Below are positions 51,193-61,747 of a stretch of 64,000 nucleotides of DNA, piece by piece (within the stretch, counting starts at the first letter, position 1; every line of letters begins with the position of its first letter). The stretch lies in sequence record MG589383. One strand, written 5' to 3'. Below the pieces are notes generated by a model. It saw nothing but the letters and a program-made list of their open reading frames with translations, did not search any database and had not been told where the DNA came from. The stretch is from Shigella phage phi25-307. The position numbers and the translations under genes were made by a program.

Positions 51193-52764
51193 ATGAAATT
51201 TAATATCTTAAGTTTGTTTGCTCCATGGGCAAAAATGGACGAACGTGATTACAAAGACCAAGAAAAAGAAAATTTAGAATCTATCACCGCACCAAAATTG
51301 GACGACGGCGCTAAAGAATATGAAGTATCTGAAAATGAAGCACAGCAAACATATAATGCTATGTTTCAGAGAATGTTCGGTAGTCAAGAACCAGGGCTCA
51401 AATCAACCCGTGAATTAATCGATACGTATCGAAATTTGATGACGAACTATGAAGTGGATAACGCGGTCTCTGAAATAGTTTCCGATGCTATCGTGTATGA
51501 AGATGATACAGAAGTCGTTTCTATAAATTTAGACAACACAAAATTTAGTCCAAATATCAAATCAATGATGTTGGATGAATTTAATGAAGTGTTAAATCAT
51601 TTATCTTTCCAACGTAAAGGTTCAGATCATTTTAGACGTTGGTATGTGGATTCTCGAATTTTCTTCCATAAAATTATTGACCCTAAACGCCCTAAAGAAG
51701 GTATTAAAGAGCTTCGTCGTTTAGACCCACGTCAAGTTCAATATGTCCGTGAAGTTATTACAACCACTGAAGCCGGTGTTAAAATAGTCAAGGGTTATAA
51801 AGAATATTTCATTTATGACACATCACACGAATCTTATGCTTGTGATGGTCGCATATATGAAGCTGGCACAAAAATAAAAATCCCTAAAGCCGCGATTGTT
51901 TATGCCCATTCTGGTTTAGTTGATTGCTGTGGTAAAAATATCATCGGTTATTTGCATCGGGCTATTAAGCCAGCGAACCAATTAAAACTTCTTGAAGATG
52001 CCGTCGTAATTTATCGTATTACTCGTGCTCCCGATCGTCGTGTATGGTACGTTGATACAGGTAATATGCCTTCAAGAAAAGCAGCAGAACATATGCAACA
52101 TGTTATGAATACGATGAAAAACCGTATTGCATATGATGCTACTACAGGCAAGATTAAAAACCAGCAGCATATTATGTCGATGACCGAAGATTATTGGTTA
52201 CAACGACGTGATGGTAAAGCAGTAACAGAAGTTGACACATTACCAGGTGCAGATAATACCGGAAATATGGAAGATGTACGTTGGTTCCGTAATGCGCTTT
52301 ATATGGCTTTACGTATTCCTATTACCCGTATTCCAAGTGACCAAGGTGGTATACAGTTTGATGCTGGCACTTCTATTACACGAGATGAATTGTCATTTGG
52401 TAAATTTATTCGTGAGCTGCAACATAAATTTGAAGAGATATTCCTAGACCCGCTTAAAACTAATTTAATTCTTAAAGGAATTATTACAGAAGATGAGTGG
52501 AATGATGAAATAAATAATATTAAGATAAAATTTCATCGGGATAGTTATTTCTCGGAATTAAAGGATGCTGAGATTCTGGAGCGTCGCATTAATATGCTTC
52601 AGATGGCCGAACCATTTATTGGTAAATATATTTCTCACAGAACAGCTATGAAAGATATTCTTCAGATGTCTGACGAGGAAATTGAACAAGAGGCTAAGCA
52701 AATTGAAGAAGAGTCGAAAGAGGCTCGTTTCCAAGACCCCGACCAAGAACAAGAGGATTTTTAA
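51193..52764 (+). CDS. 20: gp20 portal vertex protein
   Basis: 523 aa; late promoter 51157-51164. Confidence 0.95.
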   Translation: MKFNILSLFAPWAKMDERDYKDQEKENLESITAPKLDDGAKEYEVSENEAQQTYNAMFQRMFGSQEPGLKSTRELIDTYRNLMTNYEVDNAVSEIVSDAIVYEDDTEVVSINLDNTKFSPNIKSMMLDEFNEVLNHLSFQRKGSDHFRRWYVDSRIFFHKIIDPKRPKEGIKELRRLDPRQVQYVREVITTTEAGVKIVKGYKEYFIYDTSHESYACDGRIYEAGTKIKIPKAAIVYAHSGLVDCCGKNIIGYLHRAIKPANQLKLLEDAVVIYRITRAPDRRVWYVDTGNMPSRKAAEHMQHVMNTMKNRIAYDATTGKIKNQQHIMSMTEDYWLQRRDGKAVTEVDTLPGADNTGNMEDVRWFRNALYMALRIPITRIPSDQGGIQFDAGTSITRDELSFGKFIRELQHKFEEIFLDPLKTNLILKGIITEDEWNDEINNIKIKFHRDSYFSELKDAEILERRINMLQMAEPFIGKYISHRTAMKDILQMSDEEIEQEAKQIEEESKEARFQDPDQEQEDF

Positions 52765-52994
52765 TGGACGATTTAATTCAAGCTATTAAATCAAACGACC
52801 TCGTTGCTACTCGAAAGTTTTTTGAAAGTGCAATGGCAGAAAAAACGGTTCGTTTGATTGAAGCACGCAAAGCAGAAATCGCTTCTCAATTTTTGATTGA
52901 AGGCGAAGAACCTGAAGAAGAGAAAGCTTCGGAAGACGACGAAGACGAAGATGATGACGATGAAGACGAATATGATGATGAGGACGATGAATAA
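52764..52994 (+). CDS. 67: gp67 prohead core protein
   Basis: 76 aa with acidic D/E tail; synteny. Confidence 0.8.
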   Translation: MDDLIQAIKSNDLVATRKFFESAMAEKTVRLIEARKAEIASQFLIEGEEPEEEKASEDDEDEDDDDEDEYDDEDDE

Positions 52995-53419
52995 TGTATC
53001 TTATCCCTGAATCTTATGAATTGGTACTCGAAAATGTCGAAGCACTTATTCCTGAAGCACAGGGCCGAATCGATGCATTGTCTTCTGCTCTCGATATTGA
53101 CGATATAAATACTATTATCGAGAACATGCTTGAAACTGAAACGGATTTAGCTGTTGCAATGGCTTCCATTATTAATGAAGAACAGTTAAATGAGTTTATC
53201 GTTAAACATGTTTCTTCTCGTGGTGAAGTCACTCGCACTAAAGACCGTAAAACTCGTGAACGTAACGCGTTCCAAACAACCGGTCTTTCTAAAGCAAAAC
53301 GTAGACAAATCGCTCGTAAGGTCGTTAAAGCTAAAAAAGCTAACCCTTCAGGCCAAGTTAAAGGCTTGCGTAAGCGTAAAAAAGCTCTTAAACGTCGTAA
53401 AGCATTAGGATTAAGCTAA
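52994..53419 (+). CDS. 68: gp68 prohead core protein
   Basis: 141 aa with basic C-terminus; synteny. Confidence 0.8.
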   Translation: MYLIPESYELVLENVEALIPEAQGRIDALSSALDIDDINTIIENMLETETDLAVAMASIINEEQLNEFIVKHVSSRGEVTRTKDRKTRERNAFQTTGLSKAKRRQIARKVVKAKKANPSGQVKGLRKRKKALKRRKALGLS

Positions 53420-54060
53420 TGAATAAACCCGAGTTACTTATTGAAACTTGGGGTCAACCCGGTGAGATTATTGATGGCGTTCCAATGTTGGAATCTCATG
53501 ATGGAAAAGATTCTGGCTTAAAACCAGGGCTTTATATAGAAGGTATTTTTCTTCAGGCAGAGGTTGTTAACCGAAATAAACGTTTATATCCTAAACGCGT
53601 TTTGGAAAAAGCAGTAAGTGACTATATTAAAGAACAAGTCGCAACCAAACAAGCCCTTGGAGAATTAAACCATCCACCTCGTGCAAATGTTGACCCCATG
53701 CAAGCCGCTATCATTATTGAAGATATGTGGTGGAAAGGAAACGATGTATATGGACGTGCTAGAATTATTGAAGGCGACCATGGTCCCGGCGATAAATTAG
53801 CTGCTAATATACGAGCTGGTTGGATTCCAGGTGTTTCCTCTCGTGGTCTTGGTTCTTTAACCGACACCAATAAAGGGTACCGTATCGTGAACGAAGGATT
53901 TAAATTAACCGTCGGCGTAGATGCCGTATGGGGACCTTCTGCTCCAGATGCTTGGGTTACTCCTAAACAAATATCAGAATCAGAAAATTCGGTGGAAATC
54001 ACCAAAAACAGTGCTGACGAAGCATTTAAAGCTCTCGCAGAGAGTTTAAAAGCATTATAA
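53419..54060 (+). CDS. 21: gp21 prohead core scaffold protein and protease
   Basis: [12 protein letters not shown] matches T4 gp21 as recalled; 213 aa. Confidence 0.9.
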   Translation: MNKPELLIETWGQPGEIIDGVPMLESHDGKDSGLKPGLYIEGIFLQAEVVNRNKRLYPKRVLEKAVSDYIKEQVATKQALGELNHPPRANVDPMQAAIIIEDMWWKGNDVYGRARIIEGDHGPGDKLAANIRAGWIPGVSSRGLGSLTDTNKGYRIVNEGFKLTVGVDAVWGPSAPDAWVTPKQISESENSVEITKNSADEAFKALAESLKAL

Positions 54061-54063
54061 ATA
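54056..54063 (+). promoter_or_regulatory. late promoter TATAAATA for gene 22
   Basis: Exact motif overlapping the gp21 stop. Confidence 0.6.
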
Positions 54064-54093
54064 ATAATGTAATCTAAACCACAGGACACTAAA

Positions 54094-54906
54094 ATGATCA
54101 AAGAACAACTTTTGAAAGAAGCTCAGAACATCGAGACTTCAGTTGCTCTTAATAGTGTTTTCGAATCAGTAGAACTGTCTCCGGACGTTAAAGCTAATTT
54201 CAGCACTGTATTCGAAGCCACCGTTAAGCAGGAAGCAGTCAAACTGGCTGAATCTCATATCAAAGCCATCGCCGAAAAGGCCGAAGAAGAAGTTGAAAAG
54301 GCTAAAGAAGATGCTGAAGAGAAAGCTGATAAAAAATTGGCTGAACAAGCTTCTAAATTCCTAGACCATCTTGCAAAAGAATGGCTCGCAGAAAACCAAA
54401 TCGCAGTTGATAAAGGCATTAAAGCTGATTTGTTCGAATCCATGCTTGGTGGTCTGAAAGAACTGTTTGTTGAACATAACGTTGTTGTTCCAGAAGAATC
54501 TGTAGATGTTGTAGCAGAAATGGAAGAAGAGCTGGCCGAACATAAAGAAGAAACCGCTCGTTTGTTCGAAGAAGTTACCAAACGTGATGCATATATCAAT
54601 TACGTTCAGCGTGAAACCGCTATTATTGAAAGCGTAAAAGACCTGACTGAATCTCAGAAAGAAAAAGTTATTGGCCTGGTTGAAGGTATGGATTATTCTG
54701 ACGCATTTGGTACTAAGTTAACTGCTATTGTAGAAATGGTTAAAGGTTCTACTAAAGAAGAAGCCGCTATTACCGAAGGTATAAATACAGTTGACAATGA
54801 CGCTGCCGGTCTTAATTTTGTTGCCGAAGCAGTTGACACTACCACAACTCAGGTAGAACAGAATTCTAATGTAAGTTTATATGCGAAAGTCGCATCTCGT
54901 TTCTAA
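54094..54906 (+). CDS. 22: gp22 prohead core scaffold protein
   Basis: Acidic coiled-coil 270 aa; late promoter 54056-54063. Confidence 0.9.
   Translation: MIKEQLLKEAQNIETSVALNSVFESVELSPDVKANFSTVFEATVKQEAVKLAESHIKAIAEKAEEEVEKAKEDAEEKADKKLAEQASKFLDHLAKEWLAENQIAVDKGIKADLFESMLGGLKELFVEHNVVVPEESVDVVAEMEEELAEHKEETARLFEEVTKRDAYINYVQRETAIIESVKDLTESQKEKVIGLVEGMDYSDAFGTKLTAIVEMVKGSTKEEAAITEGINTVDNDAAGLNFVAEAVDTTTTQVEQNSNVSLYAKVASRF
54780..54787 (+). promoter_or_regulatory. late promoter TATAAATA for gene 23 (inside gene 22)
   Basis: Exact motif ~140 nt upstream of the gp23 ATG. Confidence 0.5.
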
Positions 54907-54923
54907 TTTAAAGGTTAACACAA

Positions 54924-56492
54924 ATGACTACTATCAAAACTAAAGCTCAGCTCGTAGACAAATGGAAAGAACTGCTGGAAGGTGAAGGCCTGCCGGAAAT
55001 CGCTAATAGCAAGCAGGCTATTATCGCTAAAATCTTCGAAAACCAGGAAAAAGATTTCGAAGTATCCCCTGAATATAAAGACGAGAAAATCGCTCAGGCG
55101 TTTGGTTCTTTCTTGACCGAAGCTGAAATTGGCGGTGACCATGGTTATAATGCTCAGAACATCGCAGCGGGTCAAACCTCTGGTGCAGTAACCCAAATTG
55201 GGCCGGCAGTTATGGGTATGGTTCGACGTGCTATTCCTAATCTGATCGCTTTTGATATTTGTGGTGTTCAGCCTATGAACAGCCCTACCGGTCAGGTATT
55301 TGCTCTCCGTGCAGTATATGGTAAAGACCCTATCGCTGCTGACGCTAAAGAAGCTTTCCATCCGATGTATGCTCCGGAGGCGATGTTCTCTGGTCAGGGT
55401 GCTGCTAAGAAATTCCCAGCTCTGGCTGCTGGCACACAAACCACAGCAGGTGATATCTATACTCACTTCTTCCAGGACACTGGTACTGTGTATTTGCAGG
55501 CTTCTGTTCAAGTAACAATTGATGCTGGCGCTACCGATGCAACTAAATTAGATGCTGAAATTAAGAAACAAATGGAAGCTGGTGCACTGGTAGAAATCGC
55601 TGAAGGTATGGCTACTTCTATCGCTGAACTTCAGGAAGGCTTCAATGGTTCTACCGACAACCCGTGGAACGAAATGGGCTTCCGTATCGACAAACAAGTT
55701 ATTGAAGCTAAATCTCGTCAGCTGAAAGCAGCTTACTCCATCGAATTGGCACAAGACCTCCGTGCAGTACACGGTATGGATGCTGATGCTGAACTGAGTG
55801 GTATTCTTGCTACTGAAATTATGCTGGAAATCAACCGTGAAGTTGTTGACTGGATTAACTACTCCGCTCAGGTTGGTAAATCTGGTATGACTAATATCGT
55901 TGGTTCTAAAGCTGGTGTATTTGACTTCCAGGACCCGATTGATATCCGTGGTGCTCGTTGGGCCGGTGAAAGCTTTAAAGCTCTGTTGTTCCAGATTGAT
56001 AAAGAAGCAGTTGAAATTGCTCGTCAAACCGGTCGTGGTGAAGGTAACTTCATTATCGCTTCCCGTAACGTAGTTAACGTACTGGCTTCAGTTGATACTG
56101 GTATTTCTTACGCTGCACAGGGTCTGGCTTCTGGTTTTAATACCGACACTACTAAATCTGTATTTGCCGGTGTACTTGGTGGTAAATACCGCGTATACAT
56201 CGACCAGTATGCTAAACAGGATTACTTCACCGTTGGTTACAAAGGCGCCAACGAAATGGATGCAGGTATTTACTATGCTCCTTACGTTGCACTTACCCCA
56301 CTGCGTGGTTCCGATCCTAAGAACTTCCAGCCGGTAATGGGCTTTAAAACTCGTTACGGTATCGGTGTTAACCCGTTTGCTGAAAGTTCCCTGCAGGCTC
56401 CAGGTGCTCGCATCCAGTCCGGTATGCCGTCTATCCTGAACAGCCTTGGTAAGAACGCTTACTTCCGCCGTGTATATGTAAAAGGCATCTAA
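54924..56492 (+). CDS. 23: gp23 major capsid protein
   Basis: Near-identical to T4 gp23 along its length as recalled. Confidence 0.97.
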   Translation: MTTIKTKAQLVDKWKELLEGEGLPEIANSKQAIIAKIFENQEKDFEVSPEYKDEKIAQAFGSFLTEAEIGGDHGYNAQNIAAGQTSGAVTQIGPAVMGMVRRAIPNLIAFDICGVQPMNSPTGQVFALRAVYGKDPIAADAKEAFHPMYAPEAMFSGQGAAKKFPALAAGTQTTAGDIYTHFFQDTGTVYLQASVQVTIDAGATDATKLDAEIKKQMEAGALVEIAEGMATSIAELQEGFNGSTDNPWNEMGFRIDKQVIEAKSRQLKAAYSIELAQDLRAVHGMDADAELSGILATEIMLEINREVVDWINYSAQVGKSGMTNIVGSKAGVFDFQDPIDIRGARWAGESFKALLFQIDKEAVEIARQTGRGEGNFIIASRNVVNVLASVDTGISYAAQGLASGFNTDTTKSVFAGVLGGKYRVYIDQYAKQDYFTVGYKGANEMDAGIYYAPYVALTPLRGSDPKNFQPVMGFKTRYGIGVNPFAESSLQAPGARIQSGMPSILNSLGKNAYFRRVYVKGI

Positions 56493-56516
56493 TCTTAATT
56501 GATTAAATCTTATTTT

Positions 56517-56545
56517 GGGAGACTTCGGTCTCCCATTTTTGGTTT
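56517..56545 (+). terminator. intrinsic terminator after gene 23
   Basis: gggagac-ttcg-gtctccc hairpin followed by atttttggtttt. Confidence 0.7.
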
Positions 56546-56814
56546 TATTTCTGTGCAATTTCGATGTAAGTTTTCAAAATATTTTGCCAATTAGGCATAC
56601 CTTCTTGGACATATGCAGGAGAACCGTCTTTGTTTTTGAATGATGCAAGTTTATCAGTGGCCCAATAACCTTTAGCTCGAGCTTCAGAATCAACTTTCAT
56701 CCATACTTTGTTGAAGGCATTACCATTAACTTTTGCACCATATTTTTCTACTAACTTAACTGCTTCAGCTTCCAGAACTTTTAAAGTATCTCGTAAGAAA
56801 CGTGCTTTAGTCAT
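56545..56814 (-). CDS. hypothetical early protein, 89 aa, antisense to the flanking late genes
   Basis: ORF track; ATG 56812-56814, GAGGAG RBS, early promoter 56845-56874. Confidence 0.6.
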   Translation of the reverse strand: MTKARFLRDTLKVLEAEAVKLVEKYGAKVNGNAFNKVWMKVDSEARAKGYWATDKLASFKNKDGSPAYVQEGMPNWQNILKTYIEIAQK

Positions 56815-56844
56815 TTTGTTTACTCCTCTGTAGTTGATAAGTCT

Positions 56845-56874
56845 ATAGTATCACATACCAAATACGTTGTAAAC
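56845..56874 (-). promoter_or_regulatory. early promoter inside the late capsid gene cluster
   Basis: gtaaac 56869-56874, atagta 56845-56850; leader identical in style to the early-region promoters. Confidence 0.55.
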
Positions 56875-56880
56875 AATCTT

Positions 56881-56888
56881 TATAAATA
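56881..56888 (+). promoter_or_regulatory. late promoter TATAAATA for gene 24
   Basis: Exact motif 28 nt before the gp24 ATG. Confidence 0.6.
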
Positions 56889-56915
56889 ATCTATATCACA
56901 TAAGGAAAAAATGCA

Positions 56916-58199
56916 ATGAGTAAAATCCAAAAATTATTGCGTGAATCTACAACGTCTACTAGCAACTCAATTGGTCGCCCAAATCTCGTTGCTTTGACTC
57001 GCGCTACGACTAAATTAATATATTCTGACATTGTAGCAACACAAAGAACTAATCAACCTGTTGCTGCTTTTTATGGTATCAAATATCTTAACCCAGATAA
57101 CGAATTCACATTTAAAACTGGTGCTACTTATGCGGGTGAAGTTGGATATGTAGACCGAGAAAAAATTACTGAGCTCACAGAAGAATCAAAAGTCACACTA
57201 AATAAAGGCGATTTTTTCAAATATAATAATATCGTCTATAAAGTGTTAGAAGATACACCGTTTGCAGATATTCAAGAAAGTGATCTAGAATTAGCTCTTC
57301 AGATTGCAGTCGTTCATTTAAAGGTACGGTTATTTTCAGATGCAGCGGTAACAAGCAAATTTGAAAGCTCTGATAGCGAAATTTCTGATGCAAGATTCCA
57401 GATTAATAAATGGCAAACTTCAGTCAAATCTCGTAAACTTAAAACTGGCCTCACGGTCGAATTAGCGCAAGATTTGGAAGCGAATGGATTTGATGCCCCT
57501 AACTTCTTAGAAGATTTGCTTGCTACTGAAATGGCAGATGAAATTAATAAAGATATTCTTCAGTCTTTAATTACTGTATCGAAACGTTATAAAGTTACTG
57601 GAATTACTGACACTGGATTTATTGACTTGAGCTATGCATCCGCTCCAGAAGCAGGTCGTTCATTATATCGAATGGTGTGTGAAATGGTATCACACATTCA
57701 AAAAGAGACAACTTATACTGCAACGTTTTGTGTAGCCTCAGCTCGTGCAGCTGCTATTCTTGCTGCTTCCGGTTGGTTAAAACATAAGCCAGAAGATGAC
57801 AAGTATCTTTCACAAAATGCTTATGGATTCTTGGCAAATGGATTACCTCTTTACTGCGATACCAACAGCCCGTTAGATTATGTTATTGTGGGTGTTGTAG
57901 AAAATCTCGGCGAAAAAGAAATTGTAGGGTCCATCTTTTATGCTCCATACACTGAAGGAGTAGATTTAGATGACCCGGAACATGTCGGTGCATTTAAAGT
58001 CGTAGTTGATCCAGAAAGCTTGCAACCATCTATCGGATTATTGGTTAGATATGCTTTATCTGCGAATCCTTACACAGTAGCAAAAGATGAAAAAGAAGCG
58101 AGAGTAATTGATGGTGGGGACATGGATAAAATGGCAGGACGTTCAGACTTGTCTGTTTTACTCGGTGTTAAATTGCCTAAAATTATTATAGATGAATAA
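56916..58199 (+). CDS. 24: gp24 capsid vertex protein
   Basis: Matches T4 gp24 as recalled; late promoter 56881-56888. Confidence 0.95.
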   Translation: MSKIQKLLRESTTSTSNSIGRPNLVALTRATTKLIYSDIVATQRTNQPVAAFYGIKYLNPDNEFTFKTGATYAGEVGYVDREKITELTEESKVTLNKGDFFKYNNIVYKVLEDTPFADIQESDLELALQIAVVHLKVRLFSDAAVTSKFESSDSEISDARFQINKWQTSVKSRKLKTGLTVELAQDLEANGFDAPNFLEDLLATEMADEINKDILQSLITVSKRYKVTGITDTGFIDLSYASAPEAGRSLYRMVCEMVSHIQKETTYTATFCVASARAAAILAASGWLKHKPEDDKYLSQNAYGFLANGLPLYCDTNSPLDYVIVGVVENLGEKEIVGSIFYAPYTEGVDLDDPEHVGAFKVVVDPESLQPSIGLLVRYALSANPYTVAKDEKEARVIDGGDMDKMAGRSDLSVLLGVKLPKIIIDE

Positions 58200-58227
58200 A
58201 AAAAGGGACCTTACGGTCCCTTTTTTG
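58199..58227. terminator. bidirectional intrinsic terminator between convergent gene 24 and rnlB
   Basis: aaaaa-gggacc-ttac-ggtccc-tttttt: A-tract and T-tract flank a GC hairpin. Confidence 0.7.
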
Positions 58228-59226
58228 TTATGATACTAATTCAATCCATGCAGGACGCAGAACATCTTGCACCATTCGGACCAATTCTTTCTTAACAAGA
58301 TTCGGATTATCAGATGATGTTAATACAATACCTTCACGAGAAGTTTCTTCCAGAATATCTTGAACAGTCAATCCCATCACTTTGCCAAAATCTTTTGGCG
58401 TTACAGCACCAATCTTAGAAATAACATTATTAACACGGTTTAATGTAACATAACAAGCTAGAACATCAAGCAAGTTTTTGTCAGTTTCTGTTAATGGAAC
58501 CTGAGTTTTAATAGGCTTATCAGACTTTTTCTTTTCACTGAATTTAGAGTTCTTGCACTTAATAGCTACACGAGTACCGTTTGGCAACCATTTAGGGAAA
58601 CAAGGCTTCAGAACATAACCTTCTGCCGTATTATCGCCAATAACATTAGCATCAAATACACAATTATTTGCTTCTACAAGGTCTTCTGACGCAGTAGCAT
58701 TATAAGCGGCTAAGACGGAATCAAGGTCGTTTGGAATCATGATAAGAGCATCAAATGTTCCACGACCAAGCATTGGTGCCATTTTAAAACCGAATTCATT
58801 ACAGAAATCTTGCATTTCGTAATCGGTCAAATACGTATTATCACCACTTTCTGTATTGATAAGGATATCGAACACATAAAAATCTTTTTCACCGTAGTCA
58901 ACACCTTTCTGGATTCCACCACCAGCGAATTCACCAAATACTTGATATGATACTGCTCGAGCTTCGTGCATTAATTCCTGAACGGCTTTAATAGCTTTAT
59001 CATACTTCTTGAGTACGATTTCATAGCCGTAAAAATCTTCTGCTGGAAGAATAGGGCCTGTGCGCTTGGCGCATGTGACGTTGTCACGTTCAATTATTAA
59101 CGAGAAGTTAGTCCCATGGATTTTCTCACGTGCTACCCAAACACCAGTAATCAAACCATTAGTGTAGAGTTTTTCAATAAACTTAGAGTTGTAGTGGTTT
59201 TCAAGACTGCTGTATTTCTTAAACAT
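58228..59226 (-). CDS. rnlB: RNA ligase 2
   Basis: [21 protein letters not shown]...EKIHGTN (KxHGxN motif I) matches T4 Rnl2 as recalled. Confidence 0.9.
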   Translation of the reverse strand: MFKKYSSLENHYNSKFIEKLYTNGLITGVWVAREKIHGTNFSLIIERDNVTCAKRTGPILPAEDFYGYEIVLKKYDKAIKAVQELMHEARAVSYQVFGEFAGGGIQKGVDYGEKDFYVFDILINTESGDNTYLTDYEMQDFCNEFGFKMAPMLGRGTFDALIMIPNDLDSVLAAYNATASEDLVEANNCVFDANVIGDNTAEGYVLKPCFPKWLPNGTRVAIKCKNSKFSEKKKSDKPIKTQVPLTETDKNLLDVLACYVTLNRVNNVISKIGAVTPKDFGKVMGLTVQDILEETSREGIVLTSSDNPNLVKKELVRMVQDVLRPAWIELVS

Positions 59227-59317
59227 AAATCACCATTATAAATAATAATATCAAAATAATTAGCAGAGACTCTATCTCCGGTCCAATGTTTAATTTGAAT
59301 GGATAGAACCTAGATTC

Positions 59318-59343
59318 ATTATACCATCAAAAAATGTAAAGCA
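59318..59343 (-). promoter_or_regulatory. MotA-dependent middle-type promoter candidate upstream of rnlB
   Basis: Minus strand reads TGCTTTA (MotA-box-like) then 13 nt then TATAAT. Confidence 0.35.
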
Positions 59344-59345
59344 TA

Positions 59346-59597
59346 CTAGAACTTGATTTCTATCCAGTGCCCATCACGCTGGTCGTGATTAATTTTGTAC
59401 TGAAAGCCGTTATCACGGAACCACTCCCCGATTTGCTCGGTGATAGTTAAATCGTTCTTTGACGGATAGTACGTAAATTGTGTCTGGCCTTTGTCAGCGG
59501 CTTTCTCTGCCATCACAGAGAAGTTAGTAATAAAATCTTTCAACAAATTGGCTTTAGTGGCCAGCGCCCTTTCTCTTAATTCCTGTGCAAAACTCAT
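59346..59597 (-). CDS. hypothetical protein, 83 aa (T4 24.2 position)
   Basis: ORF track; ATGA overlap with upstream gene. Confidence 0.6.
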   Translation of the reverse strand: MSFAQELRERALATKANLLKDFITNFSVMAEKAADKGQTQFTYYPSKNDLTITEQIGEWFRDNGFQYKINHDQRDGHWIEIKF

Positions 59598-59788
59598 TTC
59601 TTCACCTTTTTGTTAATCAAACGTTTACGGTATACAACTTTTTCTTTTGCTTTAAACTTTGACCGAGCTGTCTCGGCTTTAGTCCATAGTAATCCAACTT
59701 CTTTAGGTTGTAAACCGATTTTTTGAGCAATTTCTACGAATGAAAATCCCGCCTCATGTAATGTATAAACTTCAACTTCAGCTCTCAT
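59594..59788 (-). CDS. small putative helix-turn-helix protein, 64 aa (T4 24.3 position)
   Basis: GFSFVEIAQKIGLQPKEVGLLW HTH-like; start refined to ATG 59786-59788 (track start is TTG). Confidence 0.55.
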   Translation of the reverse strand: MRAEVEVYTLHEAGFSFVEIAQKIGLQPKEVGLLWTKAETARSKFKAKEKVVYRKRLINKKVKK

Positions 59789-59850
59789 AATCAATCCCGT
59801 ATTATTTGGTTTGTGCCATTATATACATCAATCTCAAGATGTGTTTGTAT

Positions 59851-59883
59851 GCTTTAAAAACGAAGAAAGGGGCCGAAGCCCCT
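59851..59883 (-). terminator. intrinsic terminator after hoc
   Basis: aggggc-cgaa-gcccct hairpin followed by U-rich run on minus strand. Confidence 0.55.
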
Positions 59884-59888
59884 TACGA

Positions 59889-61019
59889 TTATGGATATGT
59901 ATAGATGATACCAGTTTCCAAAGCAGTTTTATGGATAATGTATCCATTACGTGATTCTTGAACATCAACTTCTGGATAGTCTTTCAACATCTTCTGAAGA
60001 GTGTAACGATGCAGGTAGTATTTACTATCCGGATCTTCAGTTTTCCAATCTTTACCTTCTTCAGTCATTTTTTGGATTTCATCCATAACCCACCAACCGC
60101 ACCAGATATAAGCTGAAGTACGATGTGGAAGAGGATGAACATAAGGTAGTTCACCTTCTGGTTCTGGAGCAACTTTATCAGTCACTTGAACTTGACCTTC
60201 TGCTGTAATAGTTTTGCTATCGTAATCAGTTGCAGTAATAGTTGCAGTCACTTCAATAGTTTGACTTCCAATAGATGATGTATCAACGGTGTATACATTA
60301 GTTGATCCTTCTACAGGAGAAGAATCTTTCTTCCATGAATACGTAATTTGCGCTTCTTCCGGGGCATCAGTGACATTAGCAGTAAATGTAGCCGAAGCAT
60401 CTTGCTGAACATTAATAGAAGGAGGAGTCAATGTAACCTGTGGATTCATTGTCTTCTTATTAACTGCCAATGATACTTCATTAGAAGTAACTTCTTTTGC
60501 ATCATAATCTGCCGCGGTTACTTGAGCTACGCATTTAATTCTTTTTACTCCACTTGTAGTTGGAGTGTAATTGAATGTAACACTAGTTGCTTCGCTCACA
60601 GGAGAATCATCTACATACCATTGATACGTAGCAGATGCACCTGATGGCTGCGAAGCTAAAGCAGCAGTAAATTCAACAGCTGTTCCGATTACTCCTTCTG
60701 GAGGACTATTAGGAGTTACAGCTAAGGTAGTTGTTTGTGTCTTATTTTGAACTGTGATAGTTGTACTAATTTCAGCTGTTTCAGCTTCAGAATCAGGAAT
60801 AGTATTTGTTGCAACTACCTTAATAGTCTTTTGACCAGCAGGTCCTTTTAACACATAATCAAAAGTTTCTGCTGATCCTACTTGAGGAGCATCGTCTACA
60901 CTCCATGCATAGGTAATAGTTCCACCTCCAGTTTCACCACTGGGAGTAGCAGTAAACTGCTTAGTCTCATCTATAACTCCAGTAGGGGTTTTAGGAGTTA
61001 TATCAACTGTAAAAGTCAT
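59889..61019 (-). CDS. hoc: Hoc highly immunogenic outer capsid protein
   Basis: Three Ig-like repeats plus C-terminal YVHPLPHR...IWCGWWVMDEIQKM capsid-binding domain; matches T4 Hoc as recalled. Confidence 0.9.
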   Translation of the reverse strand: MTFTVDITPKTPTGVIDETKQFTATPSGETGGGTITYAWSVDDAPQVGSAETFDYVLKGPAGQKTIKVVATNTIPDSEAETAEISTTITVQNKTQTTTLAVTPNSPPEGVIGTAVEFTAALASQPSGASATYQWYVDDSPVSEATSVTFNYTPTTSGVKRIKCVAQVTAADYDAKEVTSNEVSLAVNKKTMNPQVTLTPPSINVQQDASATFTANVTDAPEEAQITYSWKKDSSPVEGSTNVYTVDTSSIGSQTIEVTATITATDYDSKTITAEGQVQVTDKVAPEPEGELPYVHPLPHRTSAYIWCGWWVMDEIQKMTEEGKDWKTEDPDSKYYLHRYTLQKMLKDYPEVDVQESRNGYIIHKTALETGIIYTYP

Positions 61020-61028
61020 AAGTTATCC

Positions 61029-61697
61029 TTATTTTAATGTTACGAAAGAAGAATTACGAGATTCACGAATTAGAACTGATCCATCGCGATTAATATAATA
61101 AATTAAGCTAAATAATGTTTGGTGAGCAGAAGCATGCACAAAACTAGTTGGACGAGATTTCCAATCCGGGGTTTCGGCTATCCATTGATAAATCCACCAA
61201 GGAACAGTAACATATCCTGGGGCTTTGCCTAATTTAATGAGTGTAGGACTAAAATTTTCAGGCAGAACAAATTTTACTTCTTTATTTACCTCTGTCTCAG
61301 GCTCTTTTTCAGATTCAACAACCTGAGTAATTGCTTCTTCGAATTTATCATGGTCGAATTCTTTTTCTTGTTCGACAACTTCTAATACTTCAACTTGTTC
61401 TGTTGGAGAATCAAACAACAGAATAGCTTCTTCTTTAACTTCTTCGTTGGTGAAATTAACACCGTCCACATCATCTGCGGCAGTAATTAAATCGGTGATA
61501 GATAATCCATCAGTTTCAGGTAATGGTTCATCAGCCAGTGCGTTAAGAGCTTCTTCGATATCAATAACAATATTATCGAATGATTTTGTTTTCTTAACAC
61601 TAATGCCAAATTGTTCCGCGTATTCAAACAGTTTAGCTTTGGCTTCCTTTTTATCAGAAAGAGCACGTAACTCTTCAATATAGTCTTTATCGATCAT
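61029..61697 (-). CDS. inh: Inh inhibitor of prohead protease
   Basis: 222 aa acidic; position between hoc and uvsW; assigned by synteny. Confidence 0.75.
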   Translation of the reverse strand: MIDKDYIEELRALSDKKEAKAKLFEYAEQFGISVKKTKSFDNIVIDIEEALNALADEPLPETDGLSITDLITAADDVDGVNFTNEEVKEEAILLFDSPTEQVEVLEVVEQEKEFDHDKFEEAITQVVESEKEPETEVNKEVKFVLPENFSPTLIKLGKAPGYVTVPWWIYQWIAETPDWKSRPTSFVHASAHQTLFSLIYYINRDGSVLIRESRNSSFVTLK

Positions 61698-61710
61698 GGT
61701 ATTTCCTCAT

Positions 61711-61718
61711 TATAAATA
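61711..61718 (+). promoter_or_regulatory. late promoter TATAAATA upstream of uvsW
   Basis: Exact motif 30 nt before the uvsW ATG, in the divergent inh/uvsW intergenic. Confidence 0.5.
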
Positions 61719-61747
61719 TAACTATATTTATTACATGGTAATTTGAC

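Noticed and set aside
54255-54599. 114-aa Ser/Ala-rich minus-strand ORF inside gene 22, and other antisense ORFs inside late genes (e.g. 50650-51180, 55548-56027, 56088-56558)
   Set aside because: Embedded antisense in highly conserved structural genes with no start-site signals; the compositional bias reflects the complement of the acidic scaffold coding sequence.
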